The notes: generated by a model from the letters alone, not told the origin. Shown: positions 28,692-39,028, numbered from the stretch's first letter. The stretch is 64,000 nt of DNA from Granulicella sp. (GCA_027339965.1 DAHWNL010000016.1:32001-96000); one strand, 5' to 3'. Numbers and translations are program-made.

Positions 28692-31076
28692 GTGCGCATC
28701 TTCACCCGCTATATCCTCCGCGAGATCACCGGCTACGCCTTGCTGGGCGGCGTTCTGTTCACCTTCATTCTCTTCATGCGCTACCTGCTTCCGCTCATGG
28801 AGCTCACGGTGCGCGGTATCGCCTCCCCCATGGATATCCTCCGCCTGGTCGGATATCTGCTGCCGGGCTTCTTCTCCTTCACCATCCCCATGGCGGTACT
28901 GGTGGGCATCCTTCTGGGTTTGAGCCGCCTGGCCGCGGACAGTGAAGTCACCGCCATGCGCGCCTCGGGCGTGGGGGTACTCTCCTTCGTCCGCATCGTC
29001 AGCCTCTTCGCCATCGTCTTCTGGATCATCGGCATGGCCAACTCGCTGTATGTGGCGCCCCGCGCCGCAACCGCACTGCTGGCCTACGAGAGCGCCAGCA
29101 AGACCAGCCAGGCCACGGTGGAGGTGCAGCCGCGGGTGTTTTACGAAGACTTCAAGAACTACGTTCTATACGCCCAGGACGTTATCCCGGGAGCCAACGG
29201 CACGGCCATTTGGCGTCATGTCTTCCTGGCCGATCTGAGCAAGCCGGCCAACCCGCACATCATCACCGCCAACAACGCCACCGTTCTCAGCGGAGGCCCA
29301 CAGACCCTTCGCCTGGAACTCTCCAACGGCAGCCGCCATGATATCTCGCTCTCCAATCCCGGGCAGTACGATATCTCCACCTTCCTCAGCACGGAACTGC
29401 CCATGCAAACCGTGCCTCAGGAGGAGGGGTCTCATCTGAGCCGCCGCGACACTCCCATGCACGCCCTCAATACGCGTGACCTGTGGGCTCTGGCCGAAGC
29501 CCCCGGCGCCGCTTCCCGACCCTACCGCATTGAGCTTAACTACCGCTTCGCCTTCCCCACCGCCTGCCTGGTCCTGATGCTGGTCGGTGTTCCACTCGGA
29601 CTCTCCTCCAAACGCGGAGGCAAGGGCGCCGGCTTTGTTGTCACGCTGGGGCTGGTGTTTCTCTACTACTTCCTCTCCTCAATGGGCATTGCCCTGGCCC
29701 GTCAGGACAGGCTTTCCCCGGCTCTGGGGGTGTGGAGCGCCAATCTGCTGTTTGCCATGGCCGGAGTGGTGCTGCTGCAGCAGATCTCCCGTGGCGGGGC
29801 CATGCTGGAGACATTCGCCGGCATCGGCAGAAACCTCACCCGGCTCCTGGATCGTCTCCGCAACCGATCTCAGCCTCATGCTGCCGGTAGCGGTCCCCAT
29901 GTCAATGAAGAGGGCGCGCTCATGCAGCGCCTTCGCCTCGTCTTCGGCATTCACTTCCCCCTCATCCTGGATGAGTACGTGATGGGAAGCTTCCTGCGCA
30001 ACTTCCTGCTGGTTCTGTTCACCCTGATCCTTCTCTTCATCATCTTCACCTTCTTCGAGCTGATCGGCGACATCCTCCGCTACCGCACTCCGCTCTCCGT
30101 GGTGGGCGACTATCTGATCAACCTGATTCCCTTCATCATCAACTCCGTGCTCCCGCTCTGTTCTCTGGTCGCGGTGCTCATCACCTTTGGCGCGCTCAAC
30201 CGCAACAGCGAACTGACGGCGATGAAGTCGGCCGGCGTCAGTCTCTACCGCATCGTTGCTCCCATGCTGGTGGTCGCCACGCTGCTCTCGGCGCTTCTGT
30301 TTGTCTTTGATGAGACCTATCTGCCGGGAGCCAACCGCCGGCAGGAGGCTTTGCTGTCCCAGATCAAGGGGAAGCCGGCGCAGACATTTCTTCGTCCGGA
30401 TCGCAAATGGATGTCCGGCGACACCACGGACGCCAAGGGCGGGCAGATGCAGCCAACCCGCATCTTTTATTACCAGTTCTTCGATCCTGACCGCAACATC
30501 TTCGACAACCTCACTGTCTTTGAGTTTCAGCCCGGCACCTTCAATCTCACCCGCCGCATCTTTGCGCGCAGCGTTCGCTGGGACGACAAGCTCAACCAGT
30601 GGGTCTTTGAAGATGGCTGGCAACGCACCTTCGCGGGTGAATCGATTACCAGCTACCAGCCCTTCACGCTGGCCACCTTTCCGGAGATCCACGAGCAACC
30701 CAGTTACTTCAAGAAGGAAGAACTCCAAAGCCAGGAGATGTCCTTCACCGAGCTCTCCCGTTACATACGCGACCTTGAACAGAGCGGCTTTGACACCATG
30801 CGTCTGCGCGTTCAACTCAACCGCAAGCTGGCCTATCCGCTCATGACGCTGGTGCTGGCCATTCTGGCCATTCCGTTCTCGCTGTTCGCCGGCAAGCGGG
30901 GCGGCATCGCGGGCATCGGCACGGCGATCGGAGTCGCCATCTGCTACTGGGTCATCGCCGGCATCTTCGAGAATCTGGGCGACGTCAACTCGCTTCCGGC
31001 GATCCTGGCCGCGTGGTCCCCGGATATGCTCTTCGCCATGGCCGGAGCTTATCTTCTGCTCCGCACCCCCACCTGA
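28692..31076 (+). CDS. Fused LptF-LptG LPS export ABC permease
   Basis: Two YjgP/YjgQ units in one frame: RYILREI...RLAADSEVTAMRASG and ILDEYVMGSF...LNRNSELTAMKSAG...AAWSPD. Confidence 0.9.
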   Translation: MRIFTRYILREITGYALLGGVLFTFILFMRYLLPLMELTVRGIASPMDILRLVGYLLPGFFSFTIPMAVLVGILLGLSRLAADSEVTAMRASGVGVLSFVRIVSLFAIVFWIIGMANSLYVAPRAATALLAYESASKTSQATVEVQPRVFYEDFKNYVLYAQDVIPGANGTAIWRHVFLADLSKPANPHIITANNATVLSGGPQTLRLELSNGSRHDISLSNPGQYDISTFLSTELPMQTVPQEEGSHLSRRDTPMHALNTRDLWALAEAPGAASRPYRIELNYRFAFPTACLVLMLVGVPLGLSSKRGGKGAGFVVTLGLVFLYYFLSSMGIALARQDRLSPALGVWSANLLFAMAGVVLLQQISRGGAMLETFAGIGRNLTRLLDRLRNRSQPHAAGSGPHVNEEGALMQRLRLVFGIHFPLILDEYVMGSFLRNFLLVLFTLILLFIIFTFFELIGDILRYRTPLSVVGDYLINLIPFIINSVLPLCSLVAVLITFGALNRNSELTAMKSAGVSLYRIVAPMLVVATLLSALLFVFDETYLPGANRRQEALLSQIKGKPAQTFLRPDRKWMSGDTTDAKGGQMQPTRIFYYQFFDPDRNIFDNLTVFEFQPGTFNLTRRIFARSVRWDDKLNQWVFEDGWQRTFAGESITSYQPFTLATFPEIHEQPSYFKKEELQSQEMSFTELSRYIRDLEQSGFDTMRLRVQLNRKLAYPLMTLVLAILAIPFSLFAGKRGGIAGIGTAIGVAICYWVIAGIFENLGDVNSLPAILAAWSPDMLFAMAGAYLLLRTPT

Positions 31077-31145
31077 TGCCCGGTCCGGGCCAACTCTTCG
31101 GCCAACTCCCCGGCCAAGACTCGATCGGCTACACTAAAAATCGAC

Positions 31146-31883
31146 ATGAAAACTTCAAGCCTCCCTTGTTGCACGCTCGTCATGGCATTGGCTGCGCTCC
31201 CCATCGGAGCGCAAACCTCCACCACCCACCCCATTCACCATACAGCCGCGCACAGCGCCCATACCCCGGGCTGCGTCGCCCCGCCGCGGGTCTCCCCCAA
31301 GATTCCAGCGCTTCCATCCAACGCACCCTGCCCACGCATCCTCTATACCCTCACCCACATTCCGGACACCCATCTGGACTACGCCTCGCCTCTGCTCAGC
31401 AAAGATCTGCGTGAGGAGCTCTCCGGACAGAAGTCCACGTACTCGCTCATCTATGTTGACACCCAAGTTGGAACCGGCCCGGTGGCCCAGAGCGGCAAGT
31501 TCCTCACCGTGCACTATACCGGGTACCTGACCGACGGCAAAAAGTTCGACTCTTCCGTGGACCGCGGCCAACCCATTACCTTTCCCTACGGCCGGCACCG
31601 CGTGATTCCGGGCTGGGACACTGGCTTTGAGGGCATGCGCATCGGCGGAAAGCGCCGTCTCTACATCCCCTACCAGCTTGCCTATGGTGAAGCCGGCCGC
31701 CCACCCATCATTCCAGCCAGAGCAGAGCTGGTCTTCGATGTACAACTCATCGGTCAGAGTGACGAGATGCCCAAGCCCACGGTGCCCTTCCGCCGCTCCG
31801 CGCCGGCCCAGCCCGCGTCCAAACCGGCCACCCCAGCAAAACCCGCCACCTCCCAGCCCGCCAACCCGCAGGCCCCCAAATAG
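31146..31883 (+). CDS. FKBP-type peptidyl-prolyl isomerase, secreted
   Basis: Signal peptide; VHYTGYLTDGKKFDSSVDRG, VIPGWD, IPYQLAYG; Pro/Ala-rich tail. Confidence 0.93.
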   Translation: MKTSSLPCCTLVMALAALPIGAQTSTTHPIHHTAAHSAHTPGCVAPPRVSPKIPALPSNAPCPRILYTLTHIPDTHLDYASPLLSKDLREELSGQKSTYSLIYVDTQVGTGPVAQSGKFLTVHYTGYLTDGKKFDSSVDRGQPITFPYGRHRVIPGWDTGFEGMRIGGKRRLYIPYQLAYGEAGRPPIIPARAELVFDVQLIGQSDEMPKPTVPFRRSAPAQPASKPATPAKPATSQPANPQAPK

Positions 31884-32005
31884 TCGAAGCGCAGGGATTC
31901 AAGCGTAGAGTGTCGAGAAGACGGCGATACTCGAATTGCAGTTTTGCCGGAAGCCTTATCCTTCTTCCTGGCGCTCTACGCTCCACCCTTTTTCTTCTTT
32001 CCTTT

Positions 32006-33835
32006 ATGTTCTCCCGCTTGAGGCCGCTGTTTCCGTATCTTCGCCGTTACTGGCGGAACCTGCTCGCAGGCGGCCTGGCTCTGATCGTCTACAACACCTC
32101 CAAGGCCATGATTCCGCTGCTCATCGGCGGAGCCATGAATGACATCCAACGCAACCTCTCGGCGTCCAGAGTGGAACACGCCGCCCTTCGCCTTGTCTCG
32201 ATTGCCGGGCTGGCCGCGATCGCCCTCTATCTCACCCGCCGAATCATCATCGGCGCCTCTCGTGAGATCGAGTTCGATCTCCGCAATGACATCTTCTCCC
32301 ACCTCTGCCGGCAACCCGCCGAGTTCTTCCAGCGCCACCGCACCGGCGACATTATGGCGCGCACCACCAATGACCTGAGCGCGGTTCGGCAGTTGCTGGG
32401 ACCGGCCATCATGTACTCGGCAAATACCCTGGTCTTTACCGCCCTGGCGCTGCCCTTCATGCTCCGGATTTCGCCGCGGCTCACGCTGTTCGCCTTTCTT
32501 CCGCTTCCCTTCGCTTCCGTGCTGGTGCAATACTTCGGAGCTCGCATCCACACCCGCTTCGAACGCATCCAGGCCATGTTCTCCGACATCACTGCACAAG
32601 CTGAGGAGAGCTTCTCCGCGGCGCGCCTGATCCGCGCCTTTGCTCAGGAGGATGCGCAGATTGACACCTTCGAGACCTCCAATCAGGAGTACATTCGCCG
32701 CAGCCTGCTGCTGGCCCGGCTGATGGCGATGCTCTGGCCAACGCTCGAACTGGTGCTCGGCCTCTCGCTGGTGGTCAGCCTTCTGGTCGGCGGCCATGAA
32801 GTTGTCCTGCATCACATCAATGTGGGTCAATTCACAACCTACATGGTCTTCATGGTTCAACTCACCTGGCCTATGATCGCCATTGGCTGGGTGGTCAACC
32901 TGGTGCAGCGCGGCACCGCCTCCGTCATCCGCATCCATGAGTTGATGACGGAGCAGCCCAGCATCGATGACCGTTACGCTGATCCCGCCCTGGCGCAGAG
33001 CAGCGCCGGCATGGCCACGCGGGACGGAGACTGCGTTGCAGAGAACCGCCTGCCACCCATCGCGGGCCACATCGCCTACCGTCACCTTCACTTCGCCTAC
33101 CCAACCGGCCCAGAGGTTCTGCATGACATCACCCTCGAGATACCAGCCGGCTCCTCACTGGCCATCGTCGGCCCCACAGGCAGCGGAAAGTCAACGCTCG
33201 TCTCTCTGATCCCACGCCTCTACGATCCGTCGCCATCCTTCCGCAACGCCATTACGCTGGACGGACGCCCCCTGCACCAATACCCCCTCCACATGCTCCG
33301 CGCAGCCATCGGCTTCGTTCCTCAGGAGACATTCCTCTTCTCCACCAGCATTGCCAAGAACATCGCCTTCGGAGTTCCGGCGCCGCCCGGCCAGGAGGCG
33401 GCCCTAGAGCAACAGGTGGAGGCTGCGGCCCGCATCGCCCAGATCGCCGACGAGATTCTGGAGTCTCCAAGCGGCTTCCGCACCATCGTTGGCGAGCGCG
33501 GCATCACGCTCTCAGGCGGCCAGAAACAGCGCACAGCCATCGCCCGCGCCATCCTCGCCAATCCGCCCATCCTGATCCTGGACGATGCTCTCTCCAGTGT
33601 GGACACTTACACCGAAGAACGAATCCTTGCCGGCCTGCAAACGCTGATGCGTGGCCGTACCACCCTTTTGATCGCCCACCGCGTTTCGACCGCCCGCAAT
33701 GCGGACCGCATCGCGGTGCTCATCAAGGGCCGCATCGCCGAGTTAGGCACCCATGAAGAACTCCTCGCCCGCGGCGGCTATTACACCGACCTCTTTGAAA
33801 AGCAGTCTCTTGAAGAGGAGATACTGACGACGTAG
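32006..33835 (+). CDS. ABC exporter, fused permease/ATP-binding (MdlA-like)
   Basis: TM domain, GPTGSGKST, LSGGQKQR, ILDDALSSVD, IAHR. Confidence 0.93.
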   Translation: MFSRLRPLFPYLRRYWRNLLAGGLALIVYNTSKAMIPLLIGGAMNDIQRNLSASRVEHAALRLVSIAGLAAIALYLTRRIIIGASREIEFDLRNDIFSHLCRQPAEFFQRHRTGDIMARTTNDLSAVRQLLGPAIMYSANTLVFTALALPFMLRISPRLTLFAFLPLPFASVLVQYFGARIHTRFERIQAMFSDITAQAEESFSAARLIRAFAQEDAQIDTFETSNQEYIRRSLLLARLMAMLWPTLELVLGLSLVVSLLVGGHEVVLHHINVGQFTTYMVFMVQLTWPMIAIGWVVNLVQRGTASVIRIHELMTEQPSIDDRYADPALAQSSAGMATRDGDCVAENRLPPIAGHIAYRHLHFAYPTGPEVLHDITLEIPAGSSLAIVGPTGSGKSTLVSLIPRLYDPSPSFRNAITLDGRPLHQYPLHMLRAAIGFVPQETFLFSTSIAKNIAFGVPAPPGQEAALEQQVEAAARIAQIADEILESPSGFRTIVGERGITLSGGQKQRTAIARAILANPPILILDDALSSVDTYTEERILAGLQTLMRGRTTLLIAHRVSTARNADRIAVLIKGRIAELGTHEELLARGGYYTDLFEKQSLEEEILTT

Positions 33836-33950
33836 AGCGTTGTTAGTGTAGGTGTAACGCGACGCCTCAACCTCCATGGGCGTTTTCCCCAATGAAAACG
33901 CCACTGCACACGCCCTCTCCGGTATACCCAGCAACACTGAAAACGCTGTA
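33833..33950 (+). repeat. Copy 2 of the nested-palindromic MITE-like element
   Basis: TAGAGCGTTGTTAGTG...CACTGAAAACGCTGTA; same 33-nt core. Confidence 0.93.
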
Positions 33951-34400
33951 GAGCGGAGCCGGGATGGCTGCACCAGACAGAATTGCTACAGGAAATCCCG
34001 TTGCTTTCCGTGCAGGGAACGAGAAGACGGCCCTGGGGCGTGCCTGTTCGGTCGATCTGCAGGTAAGGATTTGCAAGGCAGACCGGCCCAGCAAGGGAGA
34101 CTCTCGCCAGCCGGCCATGCGCTTTGGCGCCAGCTGAGAGTATGCGCCCAAGCTGCGCCGGCAGAAGGGAGCCGCGGGGTAGAAGGCGCCTGTCCTGCCG
34201 TCGCGGTATGGAGTCCGCAGCAAGGTAGCCGAAGCGATCAAGATGCACATGCTCGGCTTGATCAAGTTCCGGCTCAACTTGGCTCCGCCCCCAAGCCATC
34301 GCGGAAGCACTCCAGAAGATCTTGGCGGGCGATCCGCATGCCGGGTTCAGGCTCACCCTCCAATGACTACTGCGAGGATGAAACGGCTCGAACGGCTTCT

Positions 34401-35585
34401 CTACCCGCGGTCTTCCACGCGCCCCCCGTGCTTCAAAGCATAGACCTTCCCGCGATAGTAAAAGTTCTCCCCGGCGTAGCTCCGCAACCAGAGGATGCTT
34501 CCCAGCAGATCCCGCAGCGGATAAATGAGCGTGTTGTAAAACCGATCCGGATCTCCTAGCGCCGCCAGAATGGCCATCGCCTGCAGCCATCGGTTGAGCA
34601 CCATCGCCGCCAGCCACAGAACCCCCAGCCAAACATGCCCGCTAAGCAAACCCCAAGCCATGCCCAGCAAGCCGAAGGGCGTGGCAAAGGTTAGCCCGCT
34701 GCCCAGATGTCCCCAGGGCCGGGAACGCCGCGTGCTTTGCATCCAGCGAAGCTGATTGCGGAAGCTCAAAGAAGAGGGCGAGTTCTGCACCATCAGCCGG
34801 ATGACATACGTGGCTATTCGCACCCCAGTCCCCCGCGCGGCCAGCCGGTTTCCAATCACGAAATCATCGGCGTAAAACTGGCCCAATTCCTCGAACCCCC
34901 CCACATCCTGAAAGCTCTTTCTACGCACGGCCATGGTGGCGCCCAACGCAAACTTGGTACCCTCCAGAAGGTCCGCCACCAGCACGCCGGAGCTCATCTC
35001 AACGCTCTTGCCCACCGCATCCAGTTGGGAGGCGAACCCCGCCCCCGGGTGCGCTGTCCCGATATAGACGCAACTCGCCAAACCCATCCGCGGATCCTTC
35101 AGCGTCTGCACCATGCGCAGCAGGTAGTCCGGGCCCACCCGCACATCTGCATCGCTGGTGACATACAAATCGTACTTCGCCACGGCATCCATCGTGGCTA
35201 GCGAGTACACCTTGGCATTGTGAAACTGGGGTGGCGGCTCTCCGCAGGTAACATATCGCGCCGCCACCTGCGGATATCGCTTGCCCACCTCCAGCGCCAA
35301 CTGCAATCCTTCATCGCTCTGCTGCCGCGCGCAAAAAATCAGCTCCCACTCGCCCGGATACTCCTGTTCAAAAAAGGATGCGATGTTCTGCTCGATACCC
35401 TCTTCGGTTCCGTGCAAAGGCTTGAGCATGCTCACCGCGGGCAAAAAGTCAGCCGGGACGCTCTGCTCTCGGCGCTTGCGCAGCCCAAACCGCGCCGCCG
35501 CCACCATCACCATCAGGCAGTAGAGGGAAGAGGTGACTGACCCCACAGCCGCCACCCAGAACAATATCTGAAGGAAAAGCCTCAT
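34401..35585 (-). CDS. HpnI / ceramide-glucosyltransferase-like glycosyltransferase
   Basis: N-terminal TM, VSMLKPLHG, NAKVYSL, SDAD, FALGATM, ADDF, QLRW; lipid acceptor uncertain. Confidence 0.85.
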   Translation of the reverse strand: MRLFLQILFWVAAVGSVTSSLYCLMVMVAAARFGLRKRREQSVPADFLPAVSMLKPLHGTEEGIEQNIASFFEQEYPGEWELIFCARQQSDEGLQLALEVGKRYPQVAARYVTCGEPPPQFHNAKVYSLATMDAVAKYDLYVTSDADVRVGPDYLLRMVQTLKDPRMGLASCVYIGTAHPGAGFASQLDAVGKSVEMSSGVLVADLLEGTKFALGATMAVRRKSFQDVGGFEELGQFYADDFVIGNRLAARGTGVRIATYVIRLMVQNSPSSLSFRNQLRWMQSTRRSRPWGHLGSGLTFATPFGLLGMAWGLLSGHVWLGVLWLAAMVLNRWLQAMAILAALGDPDRFYNTLIYPLRDLLGSILWLRSYAGENFYYRGKVYALKHGGRVEDRG

Positions 35586-35651
35586 CGCACCATACCAGAC
35601 AAAAACCGCTGCTGACTCGCCGGCCGCCCCCCTCGCAACCGGCACCAGAGA

Positions 35652-36059
35652 TTAGTCTACGCGCCGGCCCAGCCGGGTCTCCTGCAACCTGCTGTTGGGC
35701 CGCTTGCGCAACGGTACAAGCCCCGGCTGCTGAGTCTCTTGCTGCATCCGCGTCAGCATCTCGGTTCGCACATACTCCACAAACCCCTGCATCTGCCGGG
35801 TCATCTCCTCCATTCGCTCGCGCATCTGCAGAACAATGGCTATGCCTGCCATATTCACACCCATATCGCGGGCCAGATTCAGAATGAACTCCAGCCGCTC
35901 CAGGTCCTCATCCGTGTACAGCCGGGTGTTCCCATCCGAACGCGAGGGCCGCAACAGGCCCTCGCGTTCATAGAGACGCAGCGTCTGCGGATGAATCCCA
36001 TACATCTCCGCTACCGCCGAGATCATGTAAGCGCCCTTCGCCTTCCGTTTTGTAGCCAT
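35652..36059 (-). CDS. MerR-family regulator, HspR-like
   Basis: YMISAVAEMYGIHPQTLRLYEREGLLRPSRSDGNTRLY...GVNMAGI closely resembles the HspR HTH; near dnaK/dnaJ. Confidence 0.85.
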   Translation of the reverse strand: MATKRKAKGAYMISAVAEMYGIHPQTLRLYEREGLLRPSRSDGNTRLYTDEDLERLEFILNLARDMGVNMAGIAIVLQMRERMEEMTRQMQGFVEYVRTEMLTRMQQETQQPGLVPLRKRPNSRLQETRLGRRVD

Positions 36060-36140
36060 CGCCTGAAGAATATCTCCTTTCCCCCATCCTTGGACAACCG
36101 CTGGACATCAATCCTTCGCCCGGCATCAAATAGGGGAGAT

Positions 36141-37178
36141 ATGAGCCGCCCGAGCTTGACCGCCCTTGCCACTGCCGCCACCATCACCATGACCGGAGCT
36201 GCCGTTGCCGCCATCGCGACGGCTGCCGCCGCCAGCGGAGCCGCCATGCTGGTATTTCGCTCCCTGCGCAACCGCCGGATCTGGTCTCAGAGGGCCCACC
36301 AAAGCAGCCTCCGCCCCGTCGTCGTCATCACCGGAGGTTCCCGCGGCCTGGGGCTGGCCATCGCCACCCGCTTCGCAGAGGATCCGGTTCGCTTGGTTCT
36401 GGCCGCGCGCCACTTGGAAGAACTCCAGCAGGCCCAGGTTCAACTGCTCACTCAGTTTGCCCATCTCAGCACCGCGGACTTTCACCTGGTCGCCGCGGAC
36501 CTGGCCAAACCGGAAGAGTGTGAGCGCCTGGTCGCCGAAACCATCGCTCGCTTTGGCCGCATCGACGTGCTGGTCAACAACGCCGCCATCATCCATATTG
36601 GTCCGGTCGAGTCTCAGACACTGGAGATCTTTGAACGCACCATGCGGGTGAACTTCTTCGCCGCACTCTACGTCACCTGGGCAGCTCTGCCCCATATGCG
36701 CCGTCAACCAGCCTTGGCGGGCCATCCGTTCGGTAGCCGTCGCGCCTCCATCGTCAATATCGCCAGCGTGGGCGGCAAGATCCCCGTCCCGCACATGCTT
36801 CCCTACTCGGCCGCCAAGTTCGCTCTGGTGGGCTTCTCTGAAGGACTGCACGCCGAACTCCGTCACAAGGGAATCCGCGTCACGACCGTATGCCCGGGTC
36901 TGATGCGCACCGGCGGAGAAGCCCACGCCAACTTCCTGGGCAACCAGAATGCCGAACAGCGCTGGTTCAACTTCGCCGCTCGAACTCCGGGCGTAGCCGT
37001 AACCATGCGCCACGCCGCCAATCGCATCTATCGCGCCGCAGTCGCCGGCCGCGCGGAGATCACCATCAGTCCCCAGGCCTGGCTGGCCGCGCGCTTCGGC
37101 GCACTCTGTCCCGAGTTCCTCCAGTACGCCAACGCCCTGACGAACCACCATGTGCTGCCCAAAGACCCGCACCAGTAG
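36141..37178 (+). CDS. SDR-family oxidoreductase with Ala-rich hydrophobic N-terminus
   Basis: ITGGSRGLG, VLVNNA, YSAAK, CPG; GGGGAG RBS before ATG 36141. Confidence 0.92.
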   Translation: MSRPSLTALATAATITMTGAAVAAIATAAAASGAAMLVFRSLRNRRIWSQRAHQSSLRPVVVITGGSRGLGLAIATRFAEDPVRLVLAARHLEELQQAQVQLLTQFAHLSTADFHLVAADLAKPEECERLVAETIARFGRIDVLVNNAAIIHIGPVESQTLEIFERTMRVNFFAALYVTWAALPHMRRQPALAGHPFGSRRASIVNIASVGGKIPVPHMLPYSAAKFALVGFSEGLHAELRHKGIRVTTVCPGLMRTGGEAHANFLGNQNAEQRWFNFAARTPGVAVTMRHAANRIYRAAVAGRAEITISPQAWLAARFGALCPEFLQYANALTNHHVLPKDPHQ

Positions 37179-37364
37179 CTTCATCGTTCCGATGAGGCCC
37201 GTCCGCGCCATCCACCTGGAGTTGACGCGCGTCCGAGCCATCGGCCTGGAAGAGGTCAATGGATCCGCGCAGCGAGCCTGACCAAAGTGCCTTTCGGCCC
37301 CCCAGACAAGGATTCCAGAATTCTAAAGACGCGGAGCACGGCCATCGCGCTGGGCGTCAATGGC

Positions 37365-38597
37365 TCAAAAATCGGCCAACATCTCCGCCCGCGGATTCTG
37401 TGGATTCAACCGCTGCAACTCACGCAGAATCTCCTTGGAACGCTCATCCTGCACCTGCGGCACAACGATCTTCACCTCCACAATCTGATCTCCGCGCAGC
37501 CCTTCGTGAGTCGCGCTCGCCACGCCCTTCTCGCGCATCCGGAGCTTCTGCCCGGTCTGCGTTCCGGGCGGAATCCTCAACGTGGCCCGTCCTGTCTCGG
37601 TTCCCACACCATCCACTGTGGGAACTTCGATCTTGGATCCCAGCGCGGCCTCCATCGCCGTCACCGGAACCGTGATATGGATGTCATCCCCAACCCGCCG
37701 AAAGAGTTTGTGGGCTCCCACCTTGATGATCAGATACAGGTCTCCATTGGGAGCTCCCTCGGTGCCGACGTTGCCCTTGCCGGCCAGCCGGATTCTCTGC
37801 CCATCCCGCGTTCCCGGCTTGATGTTGAACTGCAGCGGCTCTTTGCGCGTTACTACGCCGGCTCCCGCGCAGGCGGGGCAGGCGTTCTGCACGCTGCCGC
37901 TACCGCCGCACCGCGGGCATTGGATGTTGAACTTCATCCTTCCGCCCATCTGCGTCACTTGCCCGGCTCCATGACACTCCGGACACTGCATGCTCCCACC
38001 CGTCACCGCTTTTCCCTTGCAGGCCGGACACGGCTCCTGGCGATGAATCTCCAGGCGAGTCACGCCGCCACGAATCGCCGTCCAGAAGTCGATCTCCACC
38101 TGATACTCAAGATCCGTCCCCGGCTGGGGTCCTCGCGCCTGCCTTCCGCGCCCTCCGAACATCCCCGAAAATACATCCCGGAAGCTGGAGCCGAAGCCCT
38201 CCGAAGACGCGGACGTCTTCCCTCCACCCTGAAACCCGGAAAAATCAAATCCCTCGAAGTCGAAGGGGGTACCCTGTGCACGCCCGGCGGCGCCGCCAAA
38301 ACCCTGAAATCCGCCCGCGCCCGCACCACTCCGCGCATAAGCTTCGGCTGCGGAAGCGTCAATGTTGTCCGAGTAAAAGCCCACCTGATCATAGATCTTC
38401 CGCTTCTTCTCGTCGCTGAGCACATCGTTGGCCTCAGAGATTTCCTTGAACCGCTCTTCGGCTTTCTTGTCCCCGGGATTCACATCGGGGTGATACTTCC
38501 GGGCCAGCTTTCGGAACGCTTTGCGGATCTCATCGGCAGACGCCGTCTTTTTCACTCCCAGCGTGCTGTAGTAATCCTTGGTTTTGCTCCCTGCCAT
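37365..38597 (-). CDS. dnaJ: DnaJ chaperone (J domain, G/F region, Zn finger, C-terminal domain)
   Basis: KDYY..LGV, HPD, G/F-rich linker, four CxxCxG motifs. Confidence 0.92.
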   Translation of the reverse strand: MAGSKTKDYYSTLGVKKTASADEIRKAFRKLARKYHPDVNPGDKKAEERFKEISEANDVLSDEKKRKIYDQVGFYSDNIDASAAEAYARSGAGAGGFQGFGGAAGRAQGTPFDFEGFDFSGFQGGGKTSASSEGFGSSFRDVFSGMFGGRGRQARGPQPGTDLEYQVEIDFWTAIRGGVTRLEIHRQEPCPACKGKAVTGGSMQCPECHGAGQVTQMGGRMKFNIQCPRCGGSGSVQNACPACAGAGVVTRKEPLQFNIKPGTRDGQRIRLAGKGNVGTEGAPNGDLYLIIKVGAHKLFRRVGDDIHITVPVTAMEAALGSKIEVPTVDGVGTETGRATLRIPPGTQTGQKLRMREKGVASATHEGLRGDQIVEVKIVVPQVQDERSKEILRELQRLNPQNPRAEMLADF

Positions 38598-38770
38598 CTT
38601 GCGCGTCCCTTCTATCGCTGCCCCAGCCTCCAACCCAGATCCTGCAAGCCGGTGTTGAGCTCGAGCATCACCGGTTCGCCGCAATCCATAGGCGCTTCCA
38701 TCCCATCCGCCGGCACGCCGAGCAAATGTTCAACCGACCTGCGCGCCGGCTTCGGGTTGCCTGTCTTCGA

Positions 38771-39028
38771 TCAGTTCCAGACCGCGCTGGCTTTAATGGC
38801 TTCGACATTGAACGTCTGATCCGGCTCGATCCGCTGGATCCTCTCCACAAAAGCCTCCGCCTCCTCGCGGGACGCAAACACGCTGCGCTGATACAACCGC
38901 CCGGCGCGCATCGCATCGCAGCGCCACAGCGTCTCCTGCGCGCGTACCCTGGGATCGCCCAGGTCCCAACGTACCTCCACCGGCCATGGCTGACCCTCTC
39001 CCCAACCCTGTTGCCGATCCTCCGTCAT
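38771..39028 (-). CDS. Small hypothetical protein (85 aa)
   Basis: Strong RBS (GGAGGTG) before ATG, coding-like composition, co-oriented between dnaK and dnaJ. Confidence 0.7.
   Translation of the reverse strand: MTEDRQQGWGEGQPWPVEVRWDLGDPRVRAQETLWRCDAMRAGRLYQRSVFASREEAEAFVERIQRIEPDQTFNVEAIKASAVWN

Noticed and set aside
33781..34632. ORFs reading through the repeat (33781-34632, 33876-34559, 14560-15219, 45516-46586)
   Set aside because: The shared peptide (e.g. WAFSPMKTPL) merely reflects the DNA repeat; the frames overlap real genes and lack coding character.
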